The position numbers and the translations under genes are program-made. Source: Octopus bimaculoides (taxonomy: Eukaryota). From it: a stretch of DNA of 64,000 bases. The notes beneath the pieces were generated by a model that was not told where the DNA came from, searched no databases, and saw only the letters and a program-made list of their open reading frames with translations. Shown here piece by piece: positions 37,921-51,611 of the stretch (within the stretch, counting starts at the first letter, position 1; each line of letters begins with the position of its first letter). The stretch covers positions 27,069,371-27,133,370 of the forward strand of contig NC_068991.1 in the NCBI RefSeq assembly GCF_001194135.2, in the 5' to 3' direction.

Positions 37921-39757
37921 TTTTATACGAACCCGAACAAAATTTCGTTATTTCAACAGTATCTACTTATAATTTTTTCGAAGTCTTCCTCTCATATGTT
38001 TTCATTTCATAAGTTTATATGTTCTTTGAGTCCTTTCATTATGCCTTCTAACATTATACTGTCTTTTTTATTAAAACAATATGCAGACATATTGACAATT
38101 GTACTCTATCATTTACCACGAACGTTGATATCAGAATCTTCTCTTTTAGAAAACAATTTCGTTATTAAAGTAAAACATTTTATAAAGACTTATAAAAATG
38201 ATCTTAATACGTTTTGAAAACTCCTCAGGAGCAGTTTATTTATTATGTAATGTTGATATAAATTGTTATAACGGTTTTTTTTTATTAATGGTATAACTCA
38301 TTTTTAAGGTGAAAAATTGAGAAGTAAATATTAATGATTAAACTGATGAGGGGATTAAGTGTGTCTCTACTGATTGTAGTTACTATAATTTGCCACAGTG
38401 CTCAGTATTTTCAGGAAAACATTGACTATTATAATAGGGATGATCTACGAACATGTAAGAAACTATAATTTCATGTCTTACGCTCTTGCATATGAAATGT
38501 GGTACAGATTCTGTTCTTGGTTACTTTCAATGTTGCATGCAAACAAAAGGATAGCCTCTGGACGATCATATATCGTCTGCAGAACACATGTTTGCAGCCC
38601 TTCCCCCATTGTAATAAAGATTATGACATGGAAGGGGAAGAGCTTGCTTCTATCATAGTTTTTTTTTTAATTTTCTATTTTCTATTTCTTTCATTGGAAT
38701 AAATACTATTGTATAAAATTATTTCTTTGAATATCCTTGTACATCAAAGACTAAAATATTTTCAAATTATATACTGATGAATGAGTGTGATTTTTTCTTT
38801 GTTCTTTTTTATGTTTTTCCCATATTCATATTTTTTGGCAATTTCACGTGAAAAGAGATATGGTGAGTTCCATCTTGAATCTATAATTTCCTTCAAAACA
38901 GTTTCATAAGTTATTATTCAGATTCTGATTTTGTTTTTAGTGTTTTGGCAGTTTTAATAACATCGCATTATTATATCTCGATAGTTATAGACTTAGCTTC
39001 GATTTTATATCAACCACTCAGTGTATTAGGCTAAAATTAGTCATTTTATGAATATTTCTGAATTAGCATGTCAAATATGAAAGGCAAAAAATCCGTTGAA
39101 ACTATCAGAATTTCCTATGAATAATGAGATGTCAAGTTTCGCATTGTGCAATTTATGAATTACAAATATATTCTGTCATATTATTTTCGTCTGCAACCGA
39201 ACTGCATTGCAGAATAGTATTGCGCGACTGCGCAGTTAAATAAAAGTTACATAAATGTTGTGGAAACCCGGTTGTTCTGTGCGGTGCATATTTGGGCTTT
39301 TCATATGTTATGGGAAATTTGGAAATTTTGTTATTTTTGACATCATTATTCTAAGAACACATAAAGGTAACTATATTTATTCACGATGTTTTAAGGAAAT
39401 TTCAAACAGGTTTCAGTTTTTAAGGATTTGCTTAAAAGTTATGCTACTGGGTAACCAACATTAGTATTTGTGGTTAGCTTTATGTCAACTTTGATAACGA
39501 CTGCAAGCAGACTGAAAATATTTTCGTGCAACACAATACCATAGTTTGATTCTCCTCTTGCCATAGCAGCGACTCTGATCTGATGCACGAAGCTTATGTT
39601 TTCTAATAGACTTGCCGAAATGTAGTTTTCAGTGTTGCTACAAATAATTAATGAGTTGTTAATTCTACATAAATTTCAATGGCGAAAGCAGCTACAGTCG
39701 CTAGCTGAGAGAAAGGTTTAGAGGCAGTTTTGGTTGCAGAAGTCGCGGTTATGTTTC

Positions 39758-39835
<78 letters not shown>
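39758..39835. repeat. (TA)n microsatellite
   Basis: Directly visible. Confidence 0.95.
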
Positions 39836-39842
<7 letters not shown>

Positions 39843-40981
39843 CATATGTGTGTGCATTTATTTTTATTTATTTATATACGCACAACTGTGCCCATATTTG
39901 TATAATGATATATGTGTGTATTTTGCATACATATTGATACGAAAGGTCAATGCTTGACACTAAACTTCCATATTTATACTTCTTAATGCCAATTAGCGGA
40001 CAAAAGACAACATATAAATAAATCAAAGATTTTCTCAAAATATATTACATGTTTTCATGTTTTCATTTTGTGAAGTCGCTGGTGTTTTTTTTAATTTTTT
40101 TTTTTCAGAAAAATTATCAGCATCAACGTAATATCGCAAGTTGTTTATTTGTAGTCAACTTAGATATTTCTAATTTTAGATTTTATAAAAATCTAGATAT
40201 TTTCACTATAATATTTTGTTTGGTGCAACTATAGGAAATATGTCATTCGTAAATGCACTTTCTACTCAAGAATTACAGTTTTATCATATATTTGACTGGC
40301 ATTTATTAATCCATATCCTATAATTTCTTTTGTGTGGGTATTTAGTGAATTTTCTAGCCAGGAAAATGCTATACACCAAAAGGATAAGGGGCTAGATACT
40401 GAATTCTGAATTCTGACACCTGATTTCAATCCCTGTTTGAAATCAACCGACTACTGACCCCAAAACTTCAATTTGAAATATTTATATTTTCCATATATTT
40501 TCTGAATTTATTTCATTTTGCGTTGCAATATGTTGACGTCAATCAAGTTTTGTGAAATATATTGTCGGAATATTTAGAAGTGCTTCTTATCGGCAAAAAC
40601 ATGTAGGTTCGAATGGTTATCAATTCAAATAATAAACGTTTATTTTATAGTGGATAATGGAAATTAAATTTGCACCTACCTGATAAAACAGTTATTTATT
40701 CACCCAAATTTGATCTAATGTTTCAATCCCGCATTTCGAGAAATTATTTAACATTGAATTTGTAATATATATGTCTCTTTAGAATAAAAATTCTAATCAA
40801 AACTCTATCTCAATGCCTAATAGGAATTTGTATTTATATGTGAAATATATTCAAATCCTAAAACACCAATGGGAAACGTATTAATATGCTGGGTTATTTT
40901 TATCAATCTTTTGAGATCGTACATTGCTTAATAAACTAGGCATTTTCTGTTTAATTATGGATCTTATATCAAATATATATA

Positions 40982-41859
40982 TAGGGTGCAGTGAAATAAC
41001 TGTAGTCTAAATTACGCAAATAGGACAATAATACTGACATCTCATTTTAACAGATATATTTACCAAAATTTCATAAAAATATCTTGAACTACAAAAAAGT
41101 AAATTTATTCAATAAAATCGCCATTGGCTTCAACCATGGGCTCCAGTCCACTTCGGAATCTCCCCAAACTCTTCTAGACGGCCTCCTTTATGTTGGTGAA
41201 TGCTGCCATAATGCTTGCCTTCAGTTCATCTTTGTTTTTACAAGGAGTTTTGTTGGTCTCTCGCTCAAACGTGTCCCACTTATAATAATCAAGCGGGTTG
41301 CAGTCTAGGGAGTTAGATGGCTAGATGTTGAGTGTGATGTGGTCGGAGAAATTGTCTGACAGCCATGACTGGGTTCTCTTGCTTGCGTGTCATGGTGCAG
41401 AGTCCTGTTGCTAGACATAGGGTCTTCCAGCAGTCATCCACTTCATCCAGGGCAGCACTACCTCCTCCAGTCACTTGAGGTAGGTCATCGTGTTGAGTCT
41501 GAGGCCGTGCTGGAAGATGAATGGAAGCATAACGTCGTCATCACTAGTGTTTACTCCAGACAACAGGTTGAGTGGGCGTTTCATTTTTATCACTCTTGGT
41601 ACATGTCCCCAGAATGCATAGGCCTCGGATTGACACTCAAATATCCTGAGATTTTCGTAATGAGATGTTCGAATGCCAAGCAGTACAGCATGTTGTTTCC
41701 AAATTTTTGGTATAGTGAATTGCGTCGTGGTGCTGTCTTTCTCACAGACGGTACCACACTTACCCTACTATACTGTGTAGTCGACAAAATCAAGAAAAAA
41801 CGTGTGCATGCGCGAAATTAAAAATGTAAAATGGCCCACAATTTACCCATCGCATCCAG
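40982..41859 (-). mobile_element. Tc1/mariner-superfamily (maT/DD37D-like) transposon remnant
   Basis: RC translation gives SDDDVMLPFIFQHGLRLNTMTYLK*LEEVVLPWMK...QQDSAP.HASKRTQSWLSDNFSDHI...DCNPLDY...FERETNKTPCKNKDELK; degenerate TIR-like ends with TA flanks. Confidence 0.8.
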
Positions 41860-41884
41860 TATATATATATATATATATATATAT

Positions 41885-42086
41885 ATGGGAGAATTTACGA
41901 AAAAACAACAACAGACGAGGACAGGTGGTGTAAACAACAAAAGGATGTATTAGTTTAACGCTCGGGAATACAGAAAGTCTTTAACGTTTCGAGCTACGCT
42001 CTTCAACAGAAAGAATACGGAGAAAACAAGGAGAAAAACACGGAGAAAAAAAATTGAATGGTTTGGTCAGCGATCTATCATGGCGT
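41885..42086 (-). mobile_element. Short repeat terminus (probable Penelope-like end) containing a hammerhead-like fold at 41978-42014
   Basis: Follows (TA)n. RC: UCUUU-CUGUUGA-A-GAGC(GUA)GCUC-GAA-ACGU-U-AAAGA. The PLE assignment is inference. Confidence 0.5.
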
Positions 42087-42952
42087 CATCCACTTCAGCC
42101 AGGGCAGCACTACCTCCTCCAGTCACTTGAGGTAGGTCATCGTGTTGAGTCTGAGGCCGTGCGAGAAGATGAATGGAAGCATAACGTCGTCATCACTAAT
42201 GTTCTGCTTAGAGGATAAGTTAACCTCGCAAAGGGATGGTTACATCCAAGAAAATATTGGTTCTATACATAGTTTTGTCAAGAAACGAAATTACTTTAAA
42301 TCAATATGTATACATTAAGAATAAAGTTAATGTCAGTTAAGTGAAGGAAAGAAAGTGGAGAGCTAAGATAATAATAATTATCTATTATTAAAATATAGGT
42401 AATTTCTACTTTTTATAGTTGTTTCAATTAGAGCTCAATAGGTAAATTACAAATGTGCATTCATATGATACGAGCTTGATTTCATCAGAGAAAAACATAT
42501 ACAATAAGATAATACATGCCGACCTTTCCGTTCAAACAAGCAGACTAAATAATGAGTTATTGTTTTTATTTCTATGTGTGGGTGAATGGTTAACGGATCC
42601 GTTAGAATATAATGGGCAATAAGGTAAAGCAAAGAATAAGCCAGAATGTATATAAGATTATCTGATACCATTTCAATTCTATTTCAAACTACATTCAAAT
42701 TTCATTTAAACTTAAAATAATTTGACAAGACTAATTTTTCGTATTTCCTTCATCTATATATTTCTGCATGTATTGTTTTATTTTATCTAACTTGCGCTTG
42801 TAACTTCCTTTTCCTCGTTTCCTCTTACAAATCCCTCTATAACTTTTTAAATGGCTTTTTTTGTAAATCTCCTACATATAGCAGTCTCGTAACAATCAAT
42901 TCTTTTAAAAGTAATAAGTGATAAGAAAATAACGTTATACTGTACATGTTTG

Positions 42953-43105
<153 letters not shown>

Positions 43106-43249
43106 CTTTGTGTATATAATTGTGTGTACATGTGTAAATACATATATGCGCGTGTTCACGCTGGAGTGTGAATTTATCTACGTTTATTTGTGAGTATGTG
43201 TATGCAAATCGCCTTGTTTGGATGATGTGGAAGATGATCTTTACTTTTG

Positions 43250-45395
43250 TATGCCAGACTTGTTTCACGGACTCTTTGCAAATATTTACCACAATTTGCA
43301 GCGGAACAGAAGAATTACTAGTTCTGTGAGTCGAGAAGCAGTGGCAGCTCTGAGGCAGGATCCAAACGACGGGAACAAATAGAAACTTTTCAGCCCATAA
43401 CGATTTTAGGACCGTAATCTCAATGTAGAGTTCAACATTTTGATCAAGATTTTAACAAAGATGTTTGCGCAGCACAAGCTAATTGGTGATGCGAAAACAT
43501 GTGCCATCCCAAGCAGAACCATCCGCAACTACAACCAATTCAGTGTAGGCAAAGAAGCTAGTATGGGTGGAAGCCTGACAATTTGGATCAAACTTCGACA
43601 GGGTCGACCACCAATACTTCGCAGCTGTTCTCACGGCGGCCGGTTACGGTCCCATTTTCCGTGGATGGATCGCCACAATGTTGAATGACATCTGTTCGGT
43701 AGTTTGGATGAATGGTTACCTATCGAAACCATTCAGCATCATACACTCGGTGTGTCAAGTATGTTCCCTCTCGTCCCTAATCTATGTACAGACCCTAGAT
43801 AGCCGTAACTGCGGAAACTGAAGGCTTGAGAAGCATCCCACGCAAACTAGGACGTGGGAGGTTGGTGTCAGCATATTCTGACGAGATCAGCGTCATAGTG
43901 TCGAACACCAGGTACATAGACCTGATCGACAGTGCTCTAAAAGATTACGAAGCGGTGAGAGGAGCAAAAAGTTGCCAAGAAAAGTCAATGAATTTACAGA
44001 TCAGCTCCTGGATTTGGAGAACTATGGGGTCTAATAACGTCGTGAGACGCTAGACGGAAGGAGCAGTTAAATTACTTGGTGTTTGGTTCTTTCCGGAACT
44101 CCAGGTGGAGAAGAACTGAATCGAAGTGACCAGCAGGGTAGCCAATCTCACCTAGAAATAGGCCGAGAAAAATCTAACTCTGAAAGAATGGACAAAGGTG
44201 GCGAATGCTTACATCACCTCTGTTTAGTATTACTGCCTGATAGTCGTGCTTGCCCTATTTTAATCCTGACTAAACTGGATCGCATACTCCTCCATTTTCT
44301 GTTAGAGGGACGGGTTCCACTCATCAGGCGATCCATTTCCTGTCAACACTCACTAAATGGAAAGTTAGGGATGCTCTGTCTGCTAATGCGTAAACATGTT
44401 ATGAAGCTACGACATCTCCAGCACTTCCTTCATGACAAGCAAGTGTGGTCACTGTTTGTCAGACAGGATTTTCCAAACCTCCGCTCTTTGACTAAACTGC
44501 AGTCCTGGATCAAGCGTTGGCCGAGGCGGGGAACCTCAGGGAGACTCGGGGCGTCGACGAGAATCAAGTGGCTCGTCTGTCACGGAGGACTTTCGAACCG
44601 GAGCCTGTGAATAATTTCCAAAAATCCTTCGCCTGGCAGTGCTACCGGTGTGTGGGGCGGGGGAGGAGCATCGCCGATTCGGGATAAATTCTACGGGTAT
44701 GGAAGTGCGATTAGATGGGCTTGCGGAAATGTGCACTGCTCTGATGACGAAACTGTTCTGAACGCTCTTAGCTAGTGCCCAGGCAGTGATCACTTGAGGT
44801 TTTATGTCAAACACTTACTGTCACGTGTAGGACGGATCCAGCTGTCAGCTAGGTCTGTTATGACGGTAAGTCGCCTGCCACATTCTTTTGGCCGGGAAGG
44901 ACAGGAAGTATTTCTTTGTCTGATGTCCTTAAGAAAATAAGTTGGGCGATGACCGAATTGAAAGGGCTCTAGACAGATACCTTCATATTTTGTGAAGACT
45001 TCATCAACTGTTTCAAGTTTTCCTTGAAAAAGAATGTGAAGCTAGATAGGGAAGACCTGCCTCACAGAAACTTTGTTAAAAGTTGGGTGGTAGTTGCAAG
45101 ATCGGTCCGAGAAAACAGGCCTACCCTAAGCATGTTCCTGTGGACGGAATGAAAATGATGTGGAGTTGTCGCATTCCCCAGTGATCGGGATAACCATGGT
45201 TTACCGATGTCTGCACTAGCAGCCAGAGAAAGTCCCCTTCTTTTAGGGACTTTTCCTTAAAATTTGTTTTGTTATTTTCACTGTTTACACGTTTTATTTT
45301 ATATAAACCCACATTCTATTTTCCTGCACAGCCCCCAATACTTTGTTTGCTTTCTTGTTTTTGCTTTTTTTTTCAGCCGTTAGTACTTAATAAAG
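43250..45395 (+). mobile_element. L1/Tx1-type LINE, 5'-truncated and degenerate (RT through 3' UTR)
   Basis: NFSAHNDF...KLIGDAKTCAIPSRTIRN; VSAYSDEISVIVS...KDYEAVRGAK; VKLLGVWFFPELQVEKN; RRSISCQHSLNGKLGMLCLLMRKH; the C-terminus NFVKSWVVVARSVRENRPTL parallels the 20.4-kb copy. Confidence 0.82.
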
Positions 45396-45401
45396 ACAAG
45401 A

Positions 45402-45996
45402 TTATTATTATTCCTTCGTAACACAGTGTAGCTAAAAAATGCACCGGAGTCTTTAGTCATCTGTCAAGTCACAACAAGAACCTCAGACAGATAATAATTT
45501 CCTTACGATGTGCGTTGTGCCCAATAACGCTGCTTTTTGCAAGATATCAATCCTGCATAGGATTTACAGTTACCTTAAGAAATTTTGAAGTTTGAATGGG
45601 ATTGAGCCCAACCACTGGTATCACTTTTACATTACCCTCTCGCATTCCATACAGTCTTGCCATTTCTACTTTCAATTCGGAGTACTTTGTTATTTTTCAA
45701 CCGCTTTACTTACAAAATTCATGCCATCTGGTATGGCTACAGCAATGATCTGACAGTATTTGTCTCTTTTATACAATGTGACAATATAAAGCCGACAGAT
45801 TATACGACCCGTCTGAAGGTCATTGTCACAAAATATCGTTACTTTTCTATCCTCCTGCATAGCTTAACTTGGTACATGCTCATACCATTTCTCTGTTACT
45901 TCATATTGGTATTTACAGCATAAGAGCCAATGAGGATACACAAACACTTTATCATAGTGGCGCCTGTATTCTTTTTGTGCAAGGAACTCACATCCA
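45402..45996 (-). mobile_element. R4/Dong-like LINE 3' fragment with short (TAA) tail
   Basis: RC GCEFLAQKEYRRHYDKV..HWLLCCKY and DILQKAALLGTTHIVRKLLSV*; post-stop tgtcaagtcacaacaa..acctcagacaga is shared with 22388-22415. Confidence 0.82.
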
Positions 45997-46062
<66 letters not shown>

Positions 46063-48649
46063 GCCTTTGCACAGCTTCTAACGCTGGAGAAGTACTACAC
46101 TTTCTGCTGTTCACGAAAAGTGAACTAAGGTAACACCTCTTTATTTTTCGAGCACCTTCCGGAGTATTCCAGCAGTTCCAAGCAGTGCTGTTTTCTGCAA
46201 GTGCTCTACCTTTATTGCAGCCCCTATTTGTTCCACGTACTTCTCAAGATTTTTGCTCACTGTTCCCAGGGCTCCGACAATTATTACTACTACTGTTATC
46301 GTTTTCGTCGACCACAGTTGCATAACTTCTCAATCTAACCTGTCATATCTTTCGACTTCCCTTTCTTCCTTATTGCATAACTTGTTGTCAGCTGGGCATG
46401 CTATATCTATGATCTAGCATAATTTGTTTTCTTTCTCAATTAAGATTATATCCGGTTTCCTATTCTCTATCTCATGGAGGCGCAATGGCCCAGTGGTTAG
46501 GGCAGCGGACTCGTGGTCATAGGATCGCGGTTTAGATTCCCAGACCGGGCGTTGTGAGTGTTTATTGAGCGAAAACACCTAAAGCTCCACGAGGCTCCGG
46601 CAGGGGATGGTGGCGAACCCTGCTGTACTCTTTCACCACAACTTTCTCTCACTCTTACTTCCTGTTTCTGTTGTACCTGTATTTCAAAGGGTCAGCCTTG
46701 TCACACTGTGTCACGCTGAATATCCCCGAGAACTACGTTAAGGGTACACGTGTCTGTGGAGTGCTCAGCCACTTGCACATTAATTTCACGAGCAGGCTGT
46801 TCCGTTGATCGAATCAACTGGAAACCACGACGTCGTAAGCGACGGAGTGCCAACAACAACAATCTCATGGTCGCACTGAATCATTAAATCCAATAGGATC
46901 TTTGCATTTCTATTTTCGACGATGCCTTCAGTCTTGTGGTCGTACCAATTTTTTGCCCTGTCAAGTCCATACTTTTTGCAAAGTGTCCAATGGACAAGCC
47001 TGGCTATATTGTCGTGGCGTCTCTTATATTCCTTCTGGGCTAGTGGCTACATTGGCTGGTAATATGCCATACGGTTTCACCGTTTTGTTCACAGATTCTG
47101 CATTATCACTTTCTGCTGCGTTGTCTATTTTGTATTTTATGTAGTTTATTCTTAGTGCTTGCTCTTGAGCAGCACAGATTAGAGCCTCCGTTTCCGGTTT
47201 TAAATCAATTTTAGTCATCCACAGCCATCTGTTTTCTCTGTCTGTCTTATCTTCAACGTCCCAATGAAATTGACCATGCATTCTTTTCTTTACCCACCTA
47301 TTTGCAGTTTCATTTGTTTTCAATTTCTTCTATAGTGCTTTATTTTTGCAATCTTTCATCCAACACAAGCCTGACCTTCTTGCTTCTAATAATAGCGGTT
47401 CTGTGGCATTTTTTACGTACCATGCTATTTTGTTTTCTTCTGCTCTACTGCTGTATTCGCATCCAATAAGTTCTCTTTCCACTCTTTTTCTTGGTACATA
47501 CTGTCTGTCTGTGTCACTTTTTGGATGGAGTGACCCATATCTAGTTAACAACTTTCTTTTCTTTTTGTCCAAGCTGTTTAGTTCATCTTCTGTCCATGCG
47601 ATTACTCCTGCGCCATATCTAAGGAGTAAAACCGCCCGGGTATTGATAGCTTCGATCTTATTCCGTCTATTGAATTTCGACTTAAGGATCAGTCTTAGTC
47701 TCCGAAAGTACTCCACCTTAAATTTTTCTGTCATTTCTTTCTCCATCAATTTATCCATTTCCCAAATCCCCAAGTACTTATAGCGCGTTTCTTCTATCTG
47801 CTTCATAATCTCCCCCAAGGGTATCGTTGGCCCATCCATACATTTGATATTGCTTCTCCTCAAGACTAGCACACCACACTTCCTCAGTCCGAACTCCATT
47901 CTGATATCAGCAATGAAGGTATACACCGTATCAACGCGGGATCTGACATGGGCTTCATCTTTACCATAAAGTTTGAGATCATCCATGAATCACAAATGCT
48001 TAACATTTTGTTGGCAGCTTTCGACTACATACCCAGCATTTGCTTTCCTCAGAGTCAGTGTTAGTGGTATCAAGCACAGTACAAATCTCAGTGGGGACAT
48101 GCAGTTCCCTTGGAAGATGCCCGTCCTAATTTCTACTGTCTCTAAACTTCTCCCGTATGCTGTCAGGTCCGTCCTCCAATTCGCCATACTTTTTCCAAGC
48201 AATCACACAGCATTCGATGCAATGCCAAATAGATTCATACACTCCATAATCCAAGAATGTGGGATCGTATCGTGCGCCTTACGATACTCGATCCATGAGA
48301 TGGCTAAGTTACTTTTCCTCCCCTTGCAGTCTCTAAGTACAGTTTTGTCTATCAGGAGTTGATATTTGGTACATCTGCACTTCCGCTTGCAACACTTGCT
48401 CATGTGGCAGATGTTCGTACATTGACTCTGCGAGTATTCCAGTCAATAATTTCCATATAAGTGGCAAACAGGATATCGGCCTGTAATTGTCTACCGTATT
48501 CCCTTTTTCGATGTTTTTCAGGCACAGCACTGTCCTACCCAATGTCAACCACTCTGGTGTTACTTGGTCGGCATTTAACAAGGTGTTGCGTTGCGCAGCT
48601 ATTCGTGCATGACATTCACCAAATCTTTTGATCCAGTAGCCTTGAACTC

Positions 48650-48650
<1 letters not shown>
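46063..48650 (-). mobile_element. R4/Dong-like LINE, 5'-truncated, flanked by (TTA)n at 45997-46062 and 48651-48701
   Basis: WLTLGRTVL...[17 protein letters not shown]; [16 protein letters not shown]; GIFQGNCMSPL; MDDLKLY; HGQF...ETEALICAAQEQAL; LLDLMIQCDHEIENRKPDIILIEK; LQKTALLGTAGILRKVL. Confidence 0.92.
46478..46861 (+). mobile_element. Full-length tRNA-derived SINE, family C, with (CAA)n tail and ATCTCATGG target-site duplication
   Basis: A box TGGCCCAGTGG and B-box-like GGTTTAGATTCCC; TSD at 46469-46477 and 46862-46870; excision restores the LINE codons CDHEIENRKPD. Confidence 0.92.
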
Positions 48651-48701
<51 letters not shown>

Positions 48702-48707
48702 TCTATT

Positions 48708-49130
48708 AAAGCGGTGAGCTGGTAAGAATTGTTAGCAAACATTGGAATTTCGTCTGCCCTTATTTTCTGAGTTTTCATATTCTGCCTATGTCGACTTTGG
48801 CGTTGATCGTTTTGGAGACGGTGGAATAAGTACTAGTTGAACGCTGGAGTTGATGTAATCGACAAATCTACTTTTCCCCAAATTTTACGCCTTGTACAAA
48901 TTGTAGAAATGATCATTAAAATCAACTTATTAGCACGACGGTCAAAATGCTTAGCAACATTTCACTCGTCTTTACGTTCTGAGTTCAAATTCCACCGTGG
49001 TTGACTTTACATTTCATTCTTTCGGGGTCGATAAAATAAGTAGCAGTTGAACACTGAAGGCGGTGTAATCAATTTATTCCCTTCTTCAAACTTGCTGGCC
49101 TTGAGCCAAAAATTGAAACCATTATTAAAA
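48708..49130 (+). mobile_element. Two tandem degenerate family A SINEs
   Basis: aaagcggtgagctggtaagaattgttagc...gtggaataagtactagttg, then ttagcacgacggtcaaaatgcttagc...ctgagttcaaattccaccg...ggggtcgataaaataagtagcagttg. Confidence 0.75.
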
Positions 49131-50257
49131 GCAACTTACACTTTATGAATTTGAAATAAATTATTCAAAAAGATTAGGATTTTTTTCCCTTCTGCCCTGA
49201 GTTAATCTTTTACTGTCTTCAGTGAATAGGAGAAAAAATGTAAGAAAACCCATAATTTAAAAACAAATTGCGCAGTTGCACGAACAAACAAAACATAATC
49301 AATTTGTACCCGGGTGTTGTTTTGATATCGATTTCTTTTAAACATCTCTGGGAGAATTTGATTTATTAAATTTTCTGGTGTCACATAAAAATAAACTTCT
49401 TCACAAAGTAAAACTCTATAAATTTCTTTTCTTTTTCTTAAAGAAAACTAGAAAAAAACAGACATCAGGATTATATATGAATTTTCTATCTTAATTTTGA
49501 TATAATTTATTTATTGTTTTATACTTATTTCAGAATTTTCACTTCAAATTTTTTTATTGTATAGCACTTATGAAGATAAAAGCTCGCGGGTATTAATTAT
49601 ACATCTGGTATTTCATAATGTTTTAAAACTGAAATTATAATTAAATTTGCTAAATTAAATCAGCTAACAAATTAAATTAGCTTGTAATGTAATATAATTA
49701 AGTCCTAACACCAGCAATTGATTTTTTCCAGCGGGGGTAACACATGAATTAAGTAAAGTGAGCTAACTAAATCTTTCAAATCCTAAAACACTTTACAGAA
49801 AAATATGAAAGTAAAAATGCGATTAGCTTTCTACTGCCAATGTTTACAAATACAAGTTATATCAAAAGTATAAACGTATTTTCGCTGAAATAAATGTAAT
49901 TTTTGAGACTTTTATCTTTTCCTGGCCAAGAAAAGGTCCTGTACCTCACATACATAACAATCTAATACCACTTGCCGAATTGCCAAAATTGATTACATCT
50001 CTCATAGTGTTTTCTTGCATAAGCAAAAGAACATCAGTCGGGTGAATCTCTAATTGGCCCCCGTAAATGACTGGTGTTCATTTCTCCACCGAGAAACACT
50101 GCCATGAGAAACAGATTTGAATGCTCTTTCCTTATCCCAAATTTTTATTTAAACAATTACAAAAACTCTGGTTAGTTCGTATATGCATAACTCAAAAGCG
50201 CAAATATATATACGTACATGTACACGCGCACAAACGCAGACACGTGCACGTGCACGT

Positions 50258-50305
<48 letters not shown>

Positions 50306-51611
50306 GCACACACGCGTGCGCACACACGCACAAATTGATAAATATATAACATGTGTCTGATAACTTATAAACTTCGCTTACACACTGCGAACAGCGTATC
50401 TTCCAGAAATATAGCTCAATTCCAGTAGTTTCCACATTTATTAAAATATATGTATGAGCACATTTGTTCATATATATACACACACACACACACATATATA
50501 TATNNNNNNNNNNNNNNNNNNNNNNNNNNNNNNNNNNNNNNNNNNNNNNNNNNNNNNNNNNNNNNNNNNNNNNNNNNNNNNNNNNNNNNNNNNNNNNNNN
50601 NNNNNNNNNNNNNNNNNNNNNNNNNNNNNNNNNNNNNNNNNNNNNNNNNNNNNNNNNNNNNNNNNNNNNNNNNNNNNNNNNNNNNNNNNNNNNNNNNNNN
50701 NNNNNNNNNNNNNNNNNNNNNNNNNNNNNNNNNNNNNNNNNNNNNNNNNNNNNNNNNNNNNNNNNNNNNNNNNNNNNNNNNNNNNNNNNNNNNNNNNNNN
50801 NNNNNNNNNNNNNNNNNNNNNNNNNNNNNNNNNNNNNNNNNNNNNNNNNNNNNNNNNNNNNNNNNNNNNNNNNNNNNNNNNNNNNNNNNNNNNNNNNNNN
50901 NNNNNNNNNNNNNNNNNNNNNNNNNNNNNNNNNNNNNNNNNNNNNNNNNNNNNNNNNNNNNNNNNNNNNNNNNNNNNNNNNNNNNNNNNNNNNNNNNNNN
51001 NNNNNNNNNNNNNNNNNNNNNNNNNNNNNNNNNNNNNNNNNNNNNNNNNNNNNNNNNNNNNNNNNNNNNNNNNNNNNNNNNNNNNNNNNNNNNNNNNNNN
51101 NNNNNNNNNNNNNTGTGTGTGTGTGTGTCATAAGAAGTAAAACGGATTATAAAATCCAGGCTGATATCTATAAACCACTTAGTTTTAAACGAATTTCTTT
51201 ACCTATATCCCACAATCAGACACCAATACATACACACACACACATAAATGTATGTACGTATACATATATACATATGTGTGTGTATGTGTGCGTGCGTGTG
51301 TGTGTATGTGTGTGCCCGTGTCTGTCATTGAATACCGTCAATGTGTTACTAACATCTTGATGATCCCAGTCTTAAAAGGTTGACTATGATTTATGATTTT
51401 ATGAGGGACGGTCTCCGAAAATGGTCCATCTGCAAAACTATTTTTTCAATATTTGACATTTCCGTTTTCTTCCACCAGGAAGGACAAAAACCGATGATCT
51501 ATAAAGGGAAGCAGAAAGTCAACAATCAATCTTTGAAATAAGCCTCGAAGTAACAAATATTACTGCCAAAAACTTTACAGTATTGCACAATGAACGATTG
51601 TAAGGGTACGT

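Noticed and set aside
44738-44762. CTGATGA-C-GAAA
   Set aside because: There is no stem II, and it lies inside L1-type coding sequence.
46478-46553. tRNA gene
   Set aside because: The tRNA-like head continues into a SINE body with tail and TSD and has no proper acceptor stem; it is called as a SINE.
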